63,404 nucleotides of DNA, filler included, from Sluysia triapertura (GCA_046118255.1; 5 parts of 5 records of this genome joined end to end with filler, not necessarily neighbours in it); one strand, 5' to 3'. Counted from the whole stretch's first letter, positions 1 through 14,931 are shown. Notes: generated by a model from the sequence alone, not told the origin. Numbers and translations: made by a program.

Positions 1-3000
1 ACTAAATATAGTTTTTAATAATTTTTCAAAAAATTAAAATTATTTACATTTATATAATTTTTATGTCTTTACAACAGTAATGATGTTAGTGTGATAAATT
101 TCAGCTTTACAAATTAACTTAGCCTTTAAGGTCTAATATTAGTATTTATATTTGAAGTAGGTAAATTTAAGTTCTAGTTTAGTGAGAATGATAAACTTAA
201 CAGAAATGACCTTACTTTCATGGAAATTTATTGCGAATAATCTTCTTTTGTCGAGTAGATACCAATATGACTGCTAAAATTCAGTATTTATACACTAAAA
301 TTGCAGACGCCATATTTGTTTTTCATTTTCTTTTAAATTGATTACAACTATTTCCATTTAAACAAAAACTAGAAAATTTGTAATTTTGAAATTTAACTTA
401 GTTATTTTATTTATTTATTTAATTTATAAAATTTCATTACAGTAATTCATATAAAAATTAAAAATTAAATAAATTCTTGAAATACATCTATAAAACATAA
501 AACATTAATTTACACAAATAAATAATCAAATTGCATTTCAACAGTTGCTGTAGTGTTGTTTATAAAATTATAGCAAAAATTAATCATATTTGTATAGAAA
601 AGTATTAGCAGAAATAATATTATATATATGTTGAAATTGAATTATTAAATTGTATAAGTGAATGTTAAAGAAATAATACTATAAATGGAGCAGCATCTGA
701 CTAAATATTTTCCAGTTGATTCGATTAAATATTTAGTAGCACCTGATTATTTTGGTTTGAATTATTTCCTTGTTTGGCACAATAATAACATTTTAAATCG
801 ATTGTTGATTCCTTGGTTGATTGAATAATAAATTTTGATACTTATTGTTTATACTATTGAACTATTATTCAAAGTACATTTTGTTTATTTTAGCAATTAT
901 AAAACTAAAACTTAAAGTTAAAATTAAATTAAAGTAACTGTGCATATTTAAAATTTATTTGCCATTCACTTTAAAAATTTTGTGCGATATTGATAAAACT
1001 TTGTATAAACCTAAACTGTGATGATTTTTTTTAAATTTAAATTAGAATAATTGTGTATCCAGTTTTATTATAAGTAAATAATGTATTGTGATCATAAAAC
1101 TTTATTAAAGCTTAATACCTTGACCTCTTTTTCGGGTGACTAAAAATAGAATCCGATTAAAAAACTATAGATTACAAAAATAGCGTAAAATAATTAATTT
1201 TAAGAAATTTTCTTAATGAAGTTAAATTTCTGAGTTATAACGGTCGTACATAGTAAAAAGAATCTATCAAATTAATGCGCATTAAAAGATCAATTTATAT
1301 CTGTTATTGAAATTGACATGTGACATATTGCGCATTATATCACAAGTTTTATTTTTGATCAAATTTATATATGATTTAAATTGATGTATTATTGTAACAA
1401 TAAATAATGTTATAGCCATTATGTTAAATTCTGATTTTATTATTTTGAATTATGTAAGAGTTTGTCACAAAACTCCTTATCATTGGAAAATTGGTGGATA
1501 ATAACAAGACTGAAATTCGACGGAAATCATTGTTAAATATGTACTTTTTAACAATAGTACATATTATAGTTATAGTAATAGTAATATTTTTAATTAATTG
1601 TAATAATTATTTTAATATTTGTAAAATATTTTAAAAATGAAAAGAATTTTAAATATTTATTAAATGATTTTTTAAAAGTACTTTAAAACTTTAAATGTAC
1701 ATAGTAATTTTAATAGTGATTTTATTATATTTATAAAAAATATTTAGTTTATATTTAGTTTATATCTGGATATATAAATAGAGAGTTGCTATGAAATTAC
1801 GCACAAATAAATAACTTAAAACTTGCGAAAAGCAGTTATTAATTGTGATACAAAATAATTCGTTCATGATGCTGCAGATTCAATTGCGCTTTTTAAATTC
1901 GACAAAAACTTTAGCGGAGCTTCACAAATTATATCTTTTCAAAACATTATAATTGGAAATGTCTTTATCTAATGCGAAGATCAATGTCATCGTAAGTTAA
2001 TAATTGTTATTTTTTTTCTTTGATTAGCTTAGCCTCAAAATCACACGTAAAATACCACATATTTAAAAAAAGCCAACTTATTTTTAAAAATATTATTTAA
2101 CTAAGGATTACATCATTTTAATTTTGATTTATTTATTGTCTATTTAATAAATCTTTGCATATCTGTGTTTGTTTTTAATTAAACTCGTTAAGTTGAAAAT
2201 AGTAGCCGTTTGAGAGTTTTAATTAAAGAGTCAATTGTTCAAATATGATTAAAAGAATTGATAAAAAAGCTAAAGAAATCTAAGAAAGTTTATTAGTTGT
2301 CTCAAGATTTTAAGAAATTTAAAGTAATTAAATTAAATTACATTAATTTGAGAATTTTAACTTGTAGTATTAAAGACCCTCATATGCATTAATAGAATAA
2401 TTTTAGAAATATAATATATTTCATAGCAGTGATTAGGAAATTCTTTTCGTAGATAAAATCTGGAAAAACTGTAACTGTGTCTTCCGTAGGGATATAAATG
2501 ACATGATTACAGGCGAACCCGTAAAGATAATTTTATAATTGTTAGTGAAAGCAGGCACTAAACACAACAAACCGATTCTAAGGAATAAATGTGATAACTA
2601 TGCAAATTAATCAATTCCCGACTAAACTGCATAAATAACCACATTTTTCTATGATAAAACTCGAATGGAATTACATTAATTTATGAATTTTTCTGCTGAA
2701 AAAAGACTGGTTCAACGCAGTGGTAGCAAAAGAATTTTACATTTCCATAGCAAATGACTAAACTTTGTTTTTAATTAATTTATTTTATTTGTCACTTTAT
2801 TTTTATTTGGTACTAACATTTATAAATGTTGTGTCACTCTGGAACTTAGATATATTTTTTTATAACAAGACTGATTTATATTGAATTATAATTGATCGTA
2901 ATATTTTGTATTTATTTTAAAATTTTGTAAAATTATTGTCATTAATTTAAAAAATAGACTTAACATAAATTTTGGTGCTCCTTAAAGCATAATTATATTT

Positions 3001-3049
3001 ATCAGATTTGTTTATAATTTCAGATTTAACATTTTATGGCAAACTAAAA

Positions 3050-3490
3050 AGAAAAAAGAAATGAATATTAAACCATAAGATCGTTTGTTCTTACATTGGA
3101 ATCTTTTGATTGCAATCTAGAGGTTTTGTCAAATTTTGTAAATCAATATCAGCTTTACGCTGGTGTTTATGTCTGTAATTTGGATATCCAATATCGACAT
3201 TTTCCACTTCATTGAAAGTGAGAAGCGTTTGAGGCTTATTTGAATATTCCAGATGAAAATAAAAATACATTGAAAGACTTGGTTGATGATTTTAGCAATA
3301 AACTTTCGTCCAGACTGTAAATTTGTTAATTTTAAAAAATTTTGAAGCAGAATACAAAGTAGTAAAGAAGCTGTCACAATATTTTTATTTGACTTAAAGC
3401 AGTTAGCAAACAAGGCTGACACAGGTTTTACATGGGAGCAAAAAATGAATTAATAGCTTAAAAATTTATCGATGAATGTAGAGACCTTTC
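3050..3490 (+). pseudogene. Degenerate Ty3/gypsy-like gag fragment
   Basis: Reads SRIQSSKEAVTIFLFDLKQLANKA...NELIA*KFIDECRD, homologous to the gag ORF at 24309-24833 (RIQGTNESVTKYIFDLKRLALKA...NELIVQKFLDGCKD); has stops and frameshifts; boundaries approximate. Confidence 0.65.
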
Positions 3491-3651
3491 GACAAAGAGT
3501 ATTTACGTACTGTTATTTTTGCTATAAATAAATGTTGTGTTTTGACTAATTTTTAAGTAAACATAATGTTTACAATTTTATTTGTAAATTAGTCTTTATA
3601 TCTAATATTGTATTGCATTGCAATTTATATTCACCAAAATAAAAAAATAAC

Positions 3652-3937
3652 CTATACTCCATATATCGCACTGACGACTATATGATTTCCCAACAACAAT
3701 TTCGGGAGCCATATACATTGGTGTTCCACAAAATTCAATCATTCGATTTTGATTTTTTCTTAGTTCTACAGCCAAACCAAAGTCACCTATTTTAACATCA
3801 TAGATAAATACTGATAATGTTGATGATATATCAGTAGAAGTACATATTATTTGCTTATGTCGAAGAAATACATTTTCTAATTTGATATCACGGTGCACTA
3901 TATGTTTTTGATGTATGTAAGAAATTCCACATCCCAT
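3652..3937 (-). CDS. STK33: Ser/Thr kinase exon (subdomains VIa-IX), STK33-like
   Basis: HRDIKLEN, DFGLAV, CGTPMYMAPE and YSRQCDIWSIG motifs; tttag acceptor before 3937 and GT donor at 3651; neighbouring exons not recognised. Confidence 0.7.
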
Positions 3938-5895
3938 CTAAATTTAAATTATATTTTTTATTGTTGATATTGCGCACTTAATTCATTTTATAATAAATGT
4001 TCAAACAATTCATCAATATTTTAAATTTTATTAACATTTGAGAAAAATAAAAAGTTTTTCTAAATAATTACAATATCAATACATTTAATTTAACTTATTG
4101 TCGGTGTATTTCAAAAGTAAAACATTTCTAATAATTAAATAACGAATTATTTATTTATGAAGTTGAAATATTGTACTCGTGAATTTAAATAATGTTTTCA
4201 ATTAATTGTTTGTCATGCAATAAATATAAATAATATTTTGTTTATTTTGGAATGAAATTGTATTTTATTAATTGTTTTAAATTAAATTAGTTTTTCAACA
4301 ATACTTAAAACATTAAGACTAAGCCTCGTAATGGTAAGGTACTTTAGTTGCTTAAAGTAGTATTTAGACTTTAAAAAAATACCAATTTTAAGTTAATACT
4401 GTTAATTCTGTTATCTTATCGTCACATCAACAACTTGTCATGTTCTAAATAAGATAATATTATCGCTATGTTATCTTATATGAAAGTGAAAACATTTTTA
4501 AAGAGACAACGACGTCATTTATTTGCCACTTATTTGTTAATCAAGGCCTATATATACATAAGGGTCATGGCTCATGATAACAAAATAAAATAAGCATCAT
4601 TGAAGAATTAAGATTAGGTATTATGATGAATTGTAAGAATAAAATAAGTATATAAAATACTTGAATCAAAACAGAAATGCGGAGAAATAACCCTTTCTAA
4701 GGTTACAGTTTTTAGTGTTAAAGTACATTTAATTAATTTAATTAAATTTTGTTTAATTTAATAACTTCATGAAAAATGTTTGCTCATGACAGAATAATAT
4801 TAGATTTAGTGTATAATTATGAGTTTTATGAGTATTCTTAATGATAAATTATAATGAAGTACGTCGACGTAAATAACGTAAAAATTAGTTTTTATAATTT
4901 AAAATTAAAAATTCCGATGTTTAAGTATTAATGATGCATAAATTAATAAAGATATGTTATTGAACTTGATGCACAACGTAATTTACAAAGTATTCCTATA
5001 GAAAAATAAATTTATTATTCCATTAATTTTATCTTCAAATTAAGTTAATAAATTGCGCTATCAATACAATAACAATGTAGTAATGATATTAAATTTTAAT
5101 TTAATGATATTGAAAAGATAAGAGATTGTTTCATTGAAAAGATAATGAAATTGGACACAGACCGAAATTATTGTCGAAATTTAATCAGTAAAATTGTTAA
5201 AAATTTAACAATATCTTACTTTAAAGTGAAACAATAATTATTTCCAAAAATCCAGGTTTAATAAAAATTCAAATGTAAAATGAAGTAAATAAAATAGTTT
5301 CACATAATATTAACAAATAATAATCATTACTAGTTAATAAACGTTTATAATAAATAATCAGTATCATTACAAAGGTCGTTTTAATCGTTTTAAAAGGTCA
5401 TTTTAACAGAATAATTTAAGTGTATTTTATATTTCTCTTAAGGCAAATAAATACATAACACAATTAATTTAAGAATAATTGCTATTCTGGACACCAGAAT
5501 AATTTTGAAGCCTGATATTAATAACTATATAATGCAATAAAATTTGTACATTGAAACATAGTTAAACCTTCATAATATGCCGTAAAAGAATTACTCGTAC
5601 AATCGAGAATAGGAGTATAATTTATAAATCCTAACTTCACATTCAATTAATTCAGAAAATCGCATTGTAACTGCTACTCGAAACAAAGTATCATTTAAAT
5701 AATTTTGCGAAAATCAGTGATGATTTGGCCTGCATACAGAAATATTTACTAAGTCCTTTTGACACCTAGGCAATAATGCTTACTGTGAAATGAATGAATA
5801 TCCACAAGGAGTGGATACAACATTTTTTGATGTTTTTAAAATACATAATACTTTCGAGGTATCTTCTGATACCTCTTTTAATGTTTCAGTACTAG

Positions 5896-6144
5896 TTATA
5901 GCAATAAAATAATTTGGTAATGTAAAGTACATAGATACGTAACTTCAAAATTGCTGTCTTCGTTCCATCTTGGATTATTATTATATTTTGAAGAACTTTT
6001 ACCAATTATTGTATCGTCAACATATAATATAACATAATATGATGATGTACCTGGTCCAACAGTATGTCTAGTTGTACATGCAGTAGCTTTTGAATCATTA
6101 GCCGCAATTATTCGTGACGTTATGAAACCATAAAAAATATTCAT
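5896..6144 (-). CDS. N-terminal C2-like domain fragment of novel PKC (epsilon/eta type)
   Basis: MNIFYGFITSRIIAANDSKATACTTRHTVGP...YVILYVDDTIIGKSSSK..NNPRWNE aligns by eye with the PKC-epsilon N-terminus ([31 protein letters not shown]...YIALNVDDSRIGQT..K..NSPAWHDE); no downstream PKC exons seen. Confidence 0.65.
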   Translation of the reverse strand: MNIFYGFITSRIIAANDSKATACTTRHTVGPGTSSYYVILYVDDTIIGKSSSKYNNNPRWNEDSNFEVTYLCTLHYQIILLL

Positions 6145-6822
6145 TTCTTAAAATGGCAATACTTCATTAATGTCATCATCGCCAAAATAATGAATTATAA
6201 AAATAAATTTTGTAAGAGTATTTACTTTTTTATTGTATTTTGCTTTTATTTTCTCAATCCATTCTTATCAAATAATAAATTTCATTTTGTAATTGTGTTC
6301 TTTCATTTTCATTGAAATTAAAATCTTATCGAACTTTTACTATTGCAGATGATCATCTTTTCCTGCTCACTTACATTTACTACTAAATCGGATTCAACAA
6401 AGAAATTCGGAGGATTCACTTGTATGGAAATACGAAAAGCCAGCTCATGATAATACAAAGAATTATCGATTTCTAGAAAATAAATTTTGATGAATGAAAG
6501 TGAATTTTGTGAGCATATAATAGAATGTTAGTAAGGGATTAAGAGTGTTATTATAAGAATTTTATTGTTATGATGTTAGTGTATGAGGTCTATATGTGAT
6601 TGCATATTTGTTTACTATTTGTAAGTTAAATGTGAAGTTTATTTATTTGTGTTAATTAAAATTTTGAACCACCACTACAATAGTACACTCGATTAATGCA
6701 TAAATATATTGAGTGGCAATCATTTTGATTAAGAATATTGAATTATTCTGGGTAATAAATGAATGAAGTACCTCTATGAGGACCACGGACGTAATTATTC
6801 CCATTATCAATTATTATTATTG

Positions 6823-6964
6823 TGTTGAACTGACGGAGGATCGAACCCGGGACCTCTCCTGCGCAGTTCGAATGTTCTACCACTGAGCTATCAGCACCGT
6901 CTAACAATTTTATTTTATTATTGTCAATATAACATCATGGCACCTTAGTCATTTTACCCCAATA
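6823..6964 (-). mobile_element. tRNA-carrying short TGTT...AACA element, copy 1 (one end internally deleted)
   Basis: A and B boxes of a tRNA-like core; homologous to the copies at 23973, 41459 and 51816; flanked by ATTG on both sides (6819-6822, 6965-6968). Confidence 0.8.
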
Positions 6965-9955
6965 ATTGTAATAACTTTATGTAAATGTAAAATATTTTGG
7001 TTCTTCTTCTAAGTCTTTAAAAATTTATGCGTTATTTCTTTGCCTTTACTTTATTAAACTTTCGTCAAATTTAAATATGTCTGAATGCTGTTTTATACTT
7101 TATACATTTTGTACTTTAAAAACTCTTGTTCTCTTTCTGAATTCTTATATTATTCTGAACTTCTCTATTAATGTTATCACTTCATATGAATTAACATCCT
7201 CGTTCTTGTTGTTCAGGATATAAGTGCTTAACAAAATTATAATTTTCTGAAGTTTATTTATCCAAATTCAAATATATGTTTGAAAAATTTTACTTTAACT
7301 TCTAGAATTAAAATTATCTAACTCAATTTATGAAGTTCCTATTTAACCTAAACCAATATATATATATTTTAATTTAATAATTATCAAGCTCTATTTCTTA
7401 CCCCTTTTTATTCAACAAAAAGAAAATAAATTATATTCAAAATTATATAATTTAATTATAAATTATATTATCTATTTAATAAAATTATACATCTGCAATA
7501 AAGGTGTGGTTATATTTTTATATATTAAATCAAAATATTTTATCGTAAGAAAACTCGCCAAATAATCAACAAATATAACCTCTGTTCGGGATATTGTAGT
7601 GGATTATGATGGATTGTATTATAATTATTCGAAACTTCAAAAAGAATTTTAGTTTTTGTCTTTTTCGAATCACAAGTTATAATCTTCTTCAAATCACGAA
7701 TTATAATCTTCTTCAAAGTCACAAATTTAAAATCACAATCACGTTTTATTTGTTGTCTCGAAATAATAACCTTTTGTACTCCAATAATAAATAATCTGCA
7801 TAATTGACTAATTAAATAATTCCAATAACTAATTTTAATCAATAAATATTTCGTATATTAATTTCGTATATAATACAATAAATCAGTTATATTATATAAA
7901 TAAATTCCACACAATAATTGTGATGATGGTAATTTATTATTATGATTATGATTATTATTAATTCTTTGGCTAATTTTATATACGAATCTTTACGTTAAGT
8001 TAATTTTGATCGATTTTATGTTCTTAAAATTTGATTTCATATTGTTATTAATTATCATTTTAGAATAATTTTTTGACTATAAAATTTAATATTTATAAAT
8101 TCTAATTTCATATTAACTTTATTGAATCTAACTTTAAAATAATTATTTCTACATTTTCACTTTGAATTTAATTGTTATTTGTTATTAAATTTCAAATTTA
8201 TATTGACTATATGTAATCTCATTTTAAAATGATACTAAAGCATTACAATTTTAATAATTTTTAAACAATATTAAAAATGAATTTATTTCATTAAAAATAA
8301 TAATTTATTTTATAAATTAAAACTGAATAAAATTAAAATGAAGAATGAGTATTATGTCTATACTGTTACATATTACAATAATAATAATTATAATAATATT
8401 GAATAATAATAGTAATAATGATAATTATTATTATACTGACAATATTAATAATGATAATAATTATATTACTGAATAATAATTATTATTGTAATATTGTTAA
8501 TAATAATGATAGTATTTTTAAAATATAAACAATTATAATAATGATAATAATTATTATGATGTTGAATAATAATGATAATATTATTATAATATTGATAAAA
8601 ATAATAATGATGATAAAAACAATGATAATAATAATAAATAGTTATTATATCATTAAATCAAATAATTTAAGTTGCATAATTTGAGCAATCATAATTTTCT
8701 TTTGAAAAAGAATAAATTGTTTTATTTATTCACTTTATTTAGCCTTACTTTATATAATTATTTTGGCATTTTATTATTGTAATTATTATCATTATTACTG
8801 TTTTAATAACTTATATATATATATAATCACAAATGAAAATAAAAGTTTTGAAAGGAACATATTAAAATATTCTGAAACTATAAACAAACAATTCTTACAT
8901 AAAACACATAAATGAGAACTTATCATCAGTTTTAAAAAGTAAATTTAGAAATCTTTTGATCGAATAAATGAGCGGAAAAGTGAGGAATCATAAATAACAA
9001 CAAGTACAAACTAGCAGTACCACTGAATGCATATGAATGTATAAATGAATTATAATACAGCCAAATATATTTGACTACATTTAGACCGTATAAAAACAAA
9101 AAATATGCCAGAGATAGCTTTAATGCATTCGCTGCCAACCGCGAATATACTCGTGATACATTTAATAATGTATAATGTATATCATAATGTATCTTGTGGA
9201 ACTTGCAAACATTTTATGGCCACAAACGTAAATATACAAGTGTAACAACTTGAAAAAAAGCTACAAATAAATTGTTTTTACAAAATTTCTATTTTATTTA
9301 TTAATTTGTTATGTTTATTTTCCTCAACTAATCGTTTATTGATAGGTACTATTCTGACTCTACTGATAATATATGTTGCAGATAAACTCAGAATCAAATT
9401 GTTCATCATTACATGATCCCGTTATCTGCTGAGATTAAATAGAATCTAAGTAATCGTCAGCAGTGAATAACCAGCCTTTACAAATTTACAGAAAATTGTG
9501 TCCCGTGTTTTAGTATTTTTATACTTCCATCTGTTCGTATGATTCATTTGTTTTTTTGAAAATGAGAAAAAGGATATCGAGTGCTGTTGCATTCCCATTG
9601 TAAATGATTATTTATGACAAAATATGTGTGTATTTATCTCGAAATAATAAAACTTAGATAAACAATAACACTCAAAACAGAAATGGCAAATCGAATAACT
9701 TCGTACAATTTAGGATTGGCAGGAAATATGTATTAAAATATTTTGTTTTGCAAAACAATCAGAAAATATCGCACAAAAATATGTTTGACTGTAGTATAAT
9801 CGGTATGAAATAAATTATATACGTATTTTGAAGTTAAACTTCTTCAATATTTACGATAAATCAAGTATTTGTAACATAATATCGATTATAAATAGAATTT
9901 GTTCGTAAAATATAATCCCAAAGAATCTCTATGAATGGAAATAATAAACTGAAGT

Positions 9956-10266
9956 NNNNNNNNNNNNNNNNNNNNNNNNNNNNNNNNNNNNNNNNNNNNN
10001 NNNNNNNNNNNNNNNNNNNNNNNNNNNNNNNNNNNNNNNNNNNNNNNNNNNNNNNNNNNNNNNNNNNNNNNNNNNNNNNNNNNNNNNNNNNNNNNNNNNN
10101 NCATNNNNNNNNNNNNNNNNNNNNNNNNNNNNNNNNNNNNNNNNNNNNNNNNNNNNNNNNNNNNNNNNNNNNNNNNNNNNNNNNNNNNNNNNNNNNNNNN
10201 NNNNNNNNNNNNNNNNNNNNNNNNNNNNNNNNNNNNNNNNNNNNNNNNNNNNNNNNNNNNNNNNNN
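9956..10266. other. Scaffold gap (N run)
   Basis: N run containing an isolated 'cat'. Confidence 0.99.
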
Positions 10267-13022
10267 TTTCCTTTTTAATTTATAAATACGGTAATTTTTA
10301 TTCATTTTTGACATATTAGTTAAAAGCAATTTTTCTTTTCAAAAATTTAAATAGAAAACGTTGCTAAATAAATGATTATAATAACGGTGATAATGATAGT
10401 AGTTTTAATATTTTGATGTGATACAAACAATGAATCTTAGTTGTCGTACAATTTTTTATTTTTGTATTTCGAGTTTTTGTGTAATTTATGATAAATACTA
10501 TTTATTTAATCCTTCACCTACGAGTGTATATTTAATAGGCAAGCTGCTCATACGTAAAAATAAGCAACAAATAAAAACAAAAACTATTCATTTTGTTTTC
10601 GCAGGAATAAAATTTAAAAGCATATTCTTCTTGCAATTTGAAGCTGTCTCTCTATGTCTACTTTTTGTGTAAAATGAAATTTTCGCTTACCAAATTTAAA
10701 CTTTCCATTGGAGTTTTGCACAAAATGTTTCATTTTAACCTCCTAGTAGAAATTGTACAGTGTAACTTACACAAAACGAACTATTAAAACGAACTATTAA
10801 AATGTAATATTTTTCTAACTTGACTCTAAAAGAAAACACAGTCTACCTTCTTCCATAAGTTGAACTTCTTTACATTTGAAATTTTCTCAATACTTATTTT
10901 AGATATAAAATGGAAATAATTCTTTATAATTAGACCACATAGTAAAATAAATTATGTGAATTTCTATGTCCTGTGCATCTAAATATTCATAACATAGATA
11001 AGCGACACCCGTTCTCGAAGCAATTCAACGGCCACAATACTAAATTTATACCGTAATTTTTATTGGTAGAATTATCTTAACTGGGTTCAAACTATTTCTT
11101 GTAAATCTTGAATTATTATGATAAATTGGAACGTTATAAAAATAACAAACCATTGCTTATAAAAACATTGAAAAATTATTCATTAAAAATGAACACATCT
11201 AAATGAAATCAAATATTCATAACATAGATAAGGGACACAAATTCCGGAGCAATTCATCAGATAGCTTATTAAAGGGTTAAGTACTACTTTTTGAATATTA
11301 TTCTGAATATTATCGTTCGTAATTATTATTGTTTTATGTTTGAGTAAAGAAGGAGTGACAATGGACAATGTTAATGTTTCTGTAAAAGGTGAGTTATTTC
11401 GGGTTTTAGTTATAACGAATAATTATTGATATAATTGGAATAAATTATTTATTTGACAGATGATAAAGTTTGCTGCGATGTTTTAAAATTTTGATAAAAA
11501 TTATGGTAAGGACTATAAAATTACATATCGACTTCTCAAAATCATGAATTTTCGCTCACGATTAGAATACAGAATCCCTTCTAATAAATTATCGAATAAA
11601 AGATCCTTTATAAAATTAATAATGCACTTCACTTACACAAATATTATTAAATGTTTTTACTATTTCTATAATTTCTAGAATTTTGTAACGCATACACAGG
11701 TTTCAGGGAATATCAAACATATTCAAATATATTCTACATTCAACGATTCTCTTTTCAAGAAACTATTAAACAAATTAACATTCTGTTACAAGTATTTGTT
11801 TAACACTTAACCTGCGGTTACAATAAGTTAATAATAAGTTAATAATAATAATTAGAACCTTACAATCAAATTTAATGCTTGATGGTCGAATTCTTAGTAA
11901 GTACAACTACAAAGTTTAATACAATGAACAAAACCAAAATTCATCAATACAAATTATAACGCTTACAAAGATTACGAAATAAAACTGATTTTCAGTCTTT
12001 AACTTTAAATAAAATGTACTTTTGCCTGTATTTTATCCCTCAATATATCGGAGAAACCTTATTCTTTCTTTAGAAATTTAAGTAAGTCTATTTTATGATA
12101 TTAATCTTATTGATCAAAATTAATATTACCTTATAAAAAAATAACTTATTGATGACATGGAATTTGGAAAAAATCTACTATAAACAGCTATAAATTCTTT
12201 GAATATACGATTGAAAATCTTATGTACTATTTTCTGAATTTTCAATATGGCGATGATTAAATGGCGATTTTCATCAAACTGATGCTAGTTTATATACTAG
12301 TCATCAGCCAATGAAAATCGATGTAGAAGCCTCCATTCTATTTTTAGAAGCTATGTTTTTTGGAAAATAATTAGTTTTAAAGTAATTTTAAAGATTTATA
12401 AATAGTTTCAAGGCATTTTATGATTTTAATTGATTTTTAAATGATTTTAAATAATTTTAAGGCATTTTATGTGATTTTAGAGGGTTGTGATGACGAAGAA
12501 AAATTTTCATTTCCATTTGTAATTCAAGCATTTCATCGAAAAGTTAAAATGCATAAATTCTAACCAATGAAAATTCATACACGCATACGCTTTATAAATT
12601 ATGTCAATCTTCAGATTTATTAATTATATTGCATGATTATAAATTAATTTCACAATTCAATTATATAATTTTAGATAACTTTCACATTTTTTAGCATTTA
12701 TAATATTATTAGCTTAAAAACATAAATCTAATAAAAAATATTATTTCAATAAATAATATAAAAATAAAAAAGATTAGAATAACATTGATGTAAAATATGA
12801 AGAAAGAAAACCAGAATCCAAAAAATAACTGTTGAAAAAAACATTCCGGTTCTTTTTTATTGTTTAATTTCCGGTTAGTAGTTAAGAAATAATAATAAAG
12901 TTATTATTATTATTATTAATTATATATTTATATATTTATTTAAATAAAAATCGTTTTAATAAAATGATCATAAAATAACTTCAAATTTTGTTAAATCAGT
13001 ATTTTATTTTTCGTATACATCG

Positions 13023-13218
13023 TTAATCCTTTGCGGTCCTCTGTCGAGGCATCCCCGACGCTAAATATTAAATAAATACATAAATATAACATAAACGTAA
13101 TTAAATTAATAAATAAATAATTTAAATTCGATTTGAGTATTTTTTTTGAGTCAGGCGTTTATTTGTGAAAATTTTGTGTTTTCGCTGGAACTAAATAGGA
13201 CCTGTAGAGGGGATTCAA
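13023..13218. mobile_element. Possible piggyBac-like MITE remnant
   Basis: TTAA-TCCTTTGCGGTCC at the left and imperfect inverse GGACCTGTAGAGGGGA-TTCAA at the right. Confidence 0.3.
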
Positions 13219-13956
13219 TGGAAATAAAATAGGAACGCATACGGTTAAAATAGATAAAATAGAAATTAGCACTTAATCCATTATTGTATATCAATAATGT
13301 CTAACTTTTTTTATCCCCACGAAGACGTCATTATTGATCTTTTTATTAAAATTTCAAATATCGTTGATTTTGTATAATTATTCACAGTTTGTACTTTTAT
13401 CTTTACTAAATAAGAGACAAATTAAAAGAACTCACGATAGTATATATAGTATTGTGTAAAAGTTTATTATTAGTAAATGAAAAACAATATTTTTAATTAG
13501 AAAATAGTTTTAAATAATTAATGCATAATAGAAAAGTTATTGATTGATTTTAGTCAGTTTTAATAGATTTTATAATTGATATCAATTCCTTAAAAATTAA
13601 TGGATTTTTTATGTGATGGATTCCTTAATTGTTCTTTAATTTGGGAGGATAAATAAGCGAATAAGGTACAATAATAAAACAAATTAAATTAGATTGAATT
13701 ATCCGTGACATATGGGGAAATTGATAAATTAATGGTTATCCGACGAAAGAAAATTGATTGAGTTGATTGAAAATTAATTGTATTTTGGTAAAAAACATTA
13801 TCAACATACACCTGATCCACACGTTTTCCTTACTTATATAAGATACAAAATCCTACTCAAACTTTATAAAACTTTTGAGCTACCTTAAGCCAATAATATA
13901 AACTTTATTAAAATATCATTAATAAGCATTAGTAAACGCTTATTTTTATTATTTAT

Positions 13957-14025
13957 TACTCCCTCTGTCCGAAAATAAGAGTCCCATTTCTAAATATTAG
14001 GTTTTTTTATTGATTTAAATGGTAT
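13957..14025 (+). mobile_element. Stowaway/mariner-type terminal inverted repeat, truncated by the contig end
   Basis: TA-CTCCCTCTGTCCGAAAATAAGAGTC matches the Stowaway-type TIR pattern TA-CTCCCTCYGTCC..AAATA.G.GTC. Confidence 0.55.
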
Positions 14026-14125
14026 NNNNNNNNNNNNNNNNNNNNNNNNNNNNNNNNNNNNNNNNNNNNTTAATTAATTAANNNNNNNNNNNNNNNNNNN
14101 NNNNNNNNNNNNNNNNNNNNNNNNN
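14026..14125. other. Artificial contig linker
   Basis: 44 N + TTAATTAATTAA (stops in six frames) + 44 N. Confidence 0.98.
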
Positions 14126-14931
14126 ACTAAATAATTCATTTTACAATACTTTAATTGACAAAGAACGTCGAAATATCTCATGTTTTACTCAATTTGTCAG
14201 TTTCGCCTGAATTTAGATCAAAAGTTATACTACGAAAATATCCTGAATTATATCAAAAACAGCTTTATTCAAATATGGTTACACAAAATAAAAATTTACA
14301 GAAAACATTAATTGAGTTAGATTGACAAATTAATAAACCATATTCACGATTACAATTGATTACTTAATTTTGTTCGATATTAATTGAGAAAGATTACATT
14401 TAAATTGGAAATGTTATATTGGTAAAAAAAAGAAATGACAAGTATGAAAACATTCTCTAACTAATTATGTGTGAAGTTTTGTCTCAGTTTATGTACACAT
14501 TTTGTGATTCTATTAGTAACAATTTGGAGCCATTTTGAATTAATACAATCTGTTTAATTTTGTACCACTTTGATAGGTAAAGAAGCGACTTAAAATATTC
14601 ACATGTTATATTAATTACGTAATTCGCTGTACTGATTTTATAACACAAGCCTATTTTTATTGTACCTACATAACATATTTGTTTGATTTGCAACTAAATT
14701 AATATATAATTATCAAATTTATACGATCTATATGATAATCAATATGATTGTACTGGTGGTTTAGAGAAGTTATAAATAGTATAAATAATTCTTTCTTATA
14801 GTTTTCATTATTATTTTATTTTATTTTTATTATTTTAGTATTTTTATTATTATTTTATTTTTATCATTATTTTTGTTTTATTATTATTTCTTTGGCACAA
14901 AATTGAAATTTTAAAAATTATTTTTGCAATA

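Noticed and set aside
9886-10329. ORFs of 115-147 aa
   Set aside because: Artefacts of the N gap
14070-14081. TTAATTAATTAA palindrome recurring four times inside N runs
   Set aside because: Artificial six-frame-stop linker used to concatenate contigs
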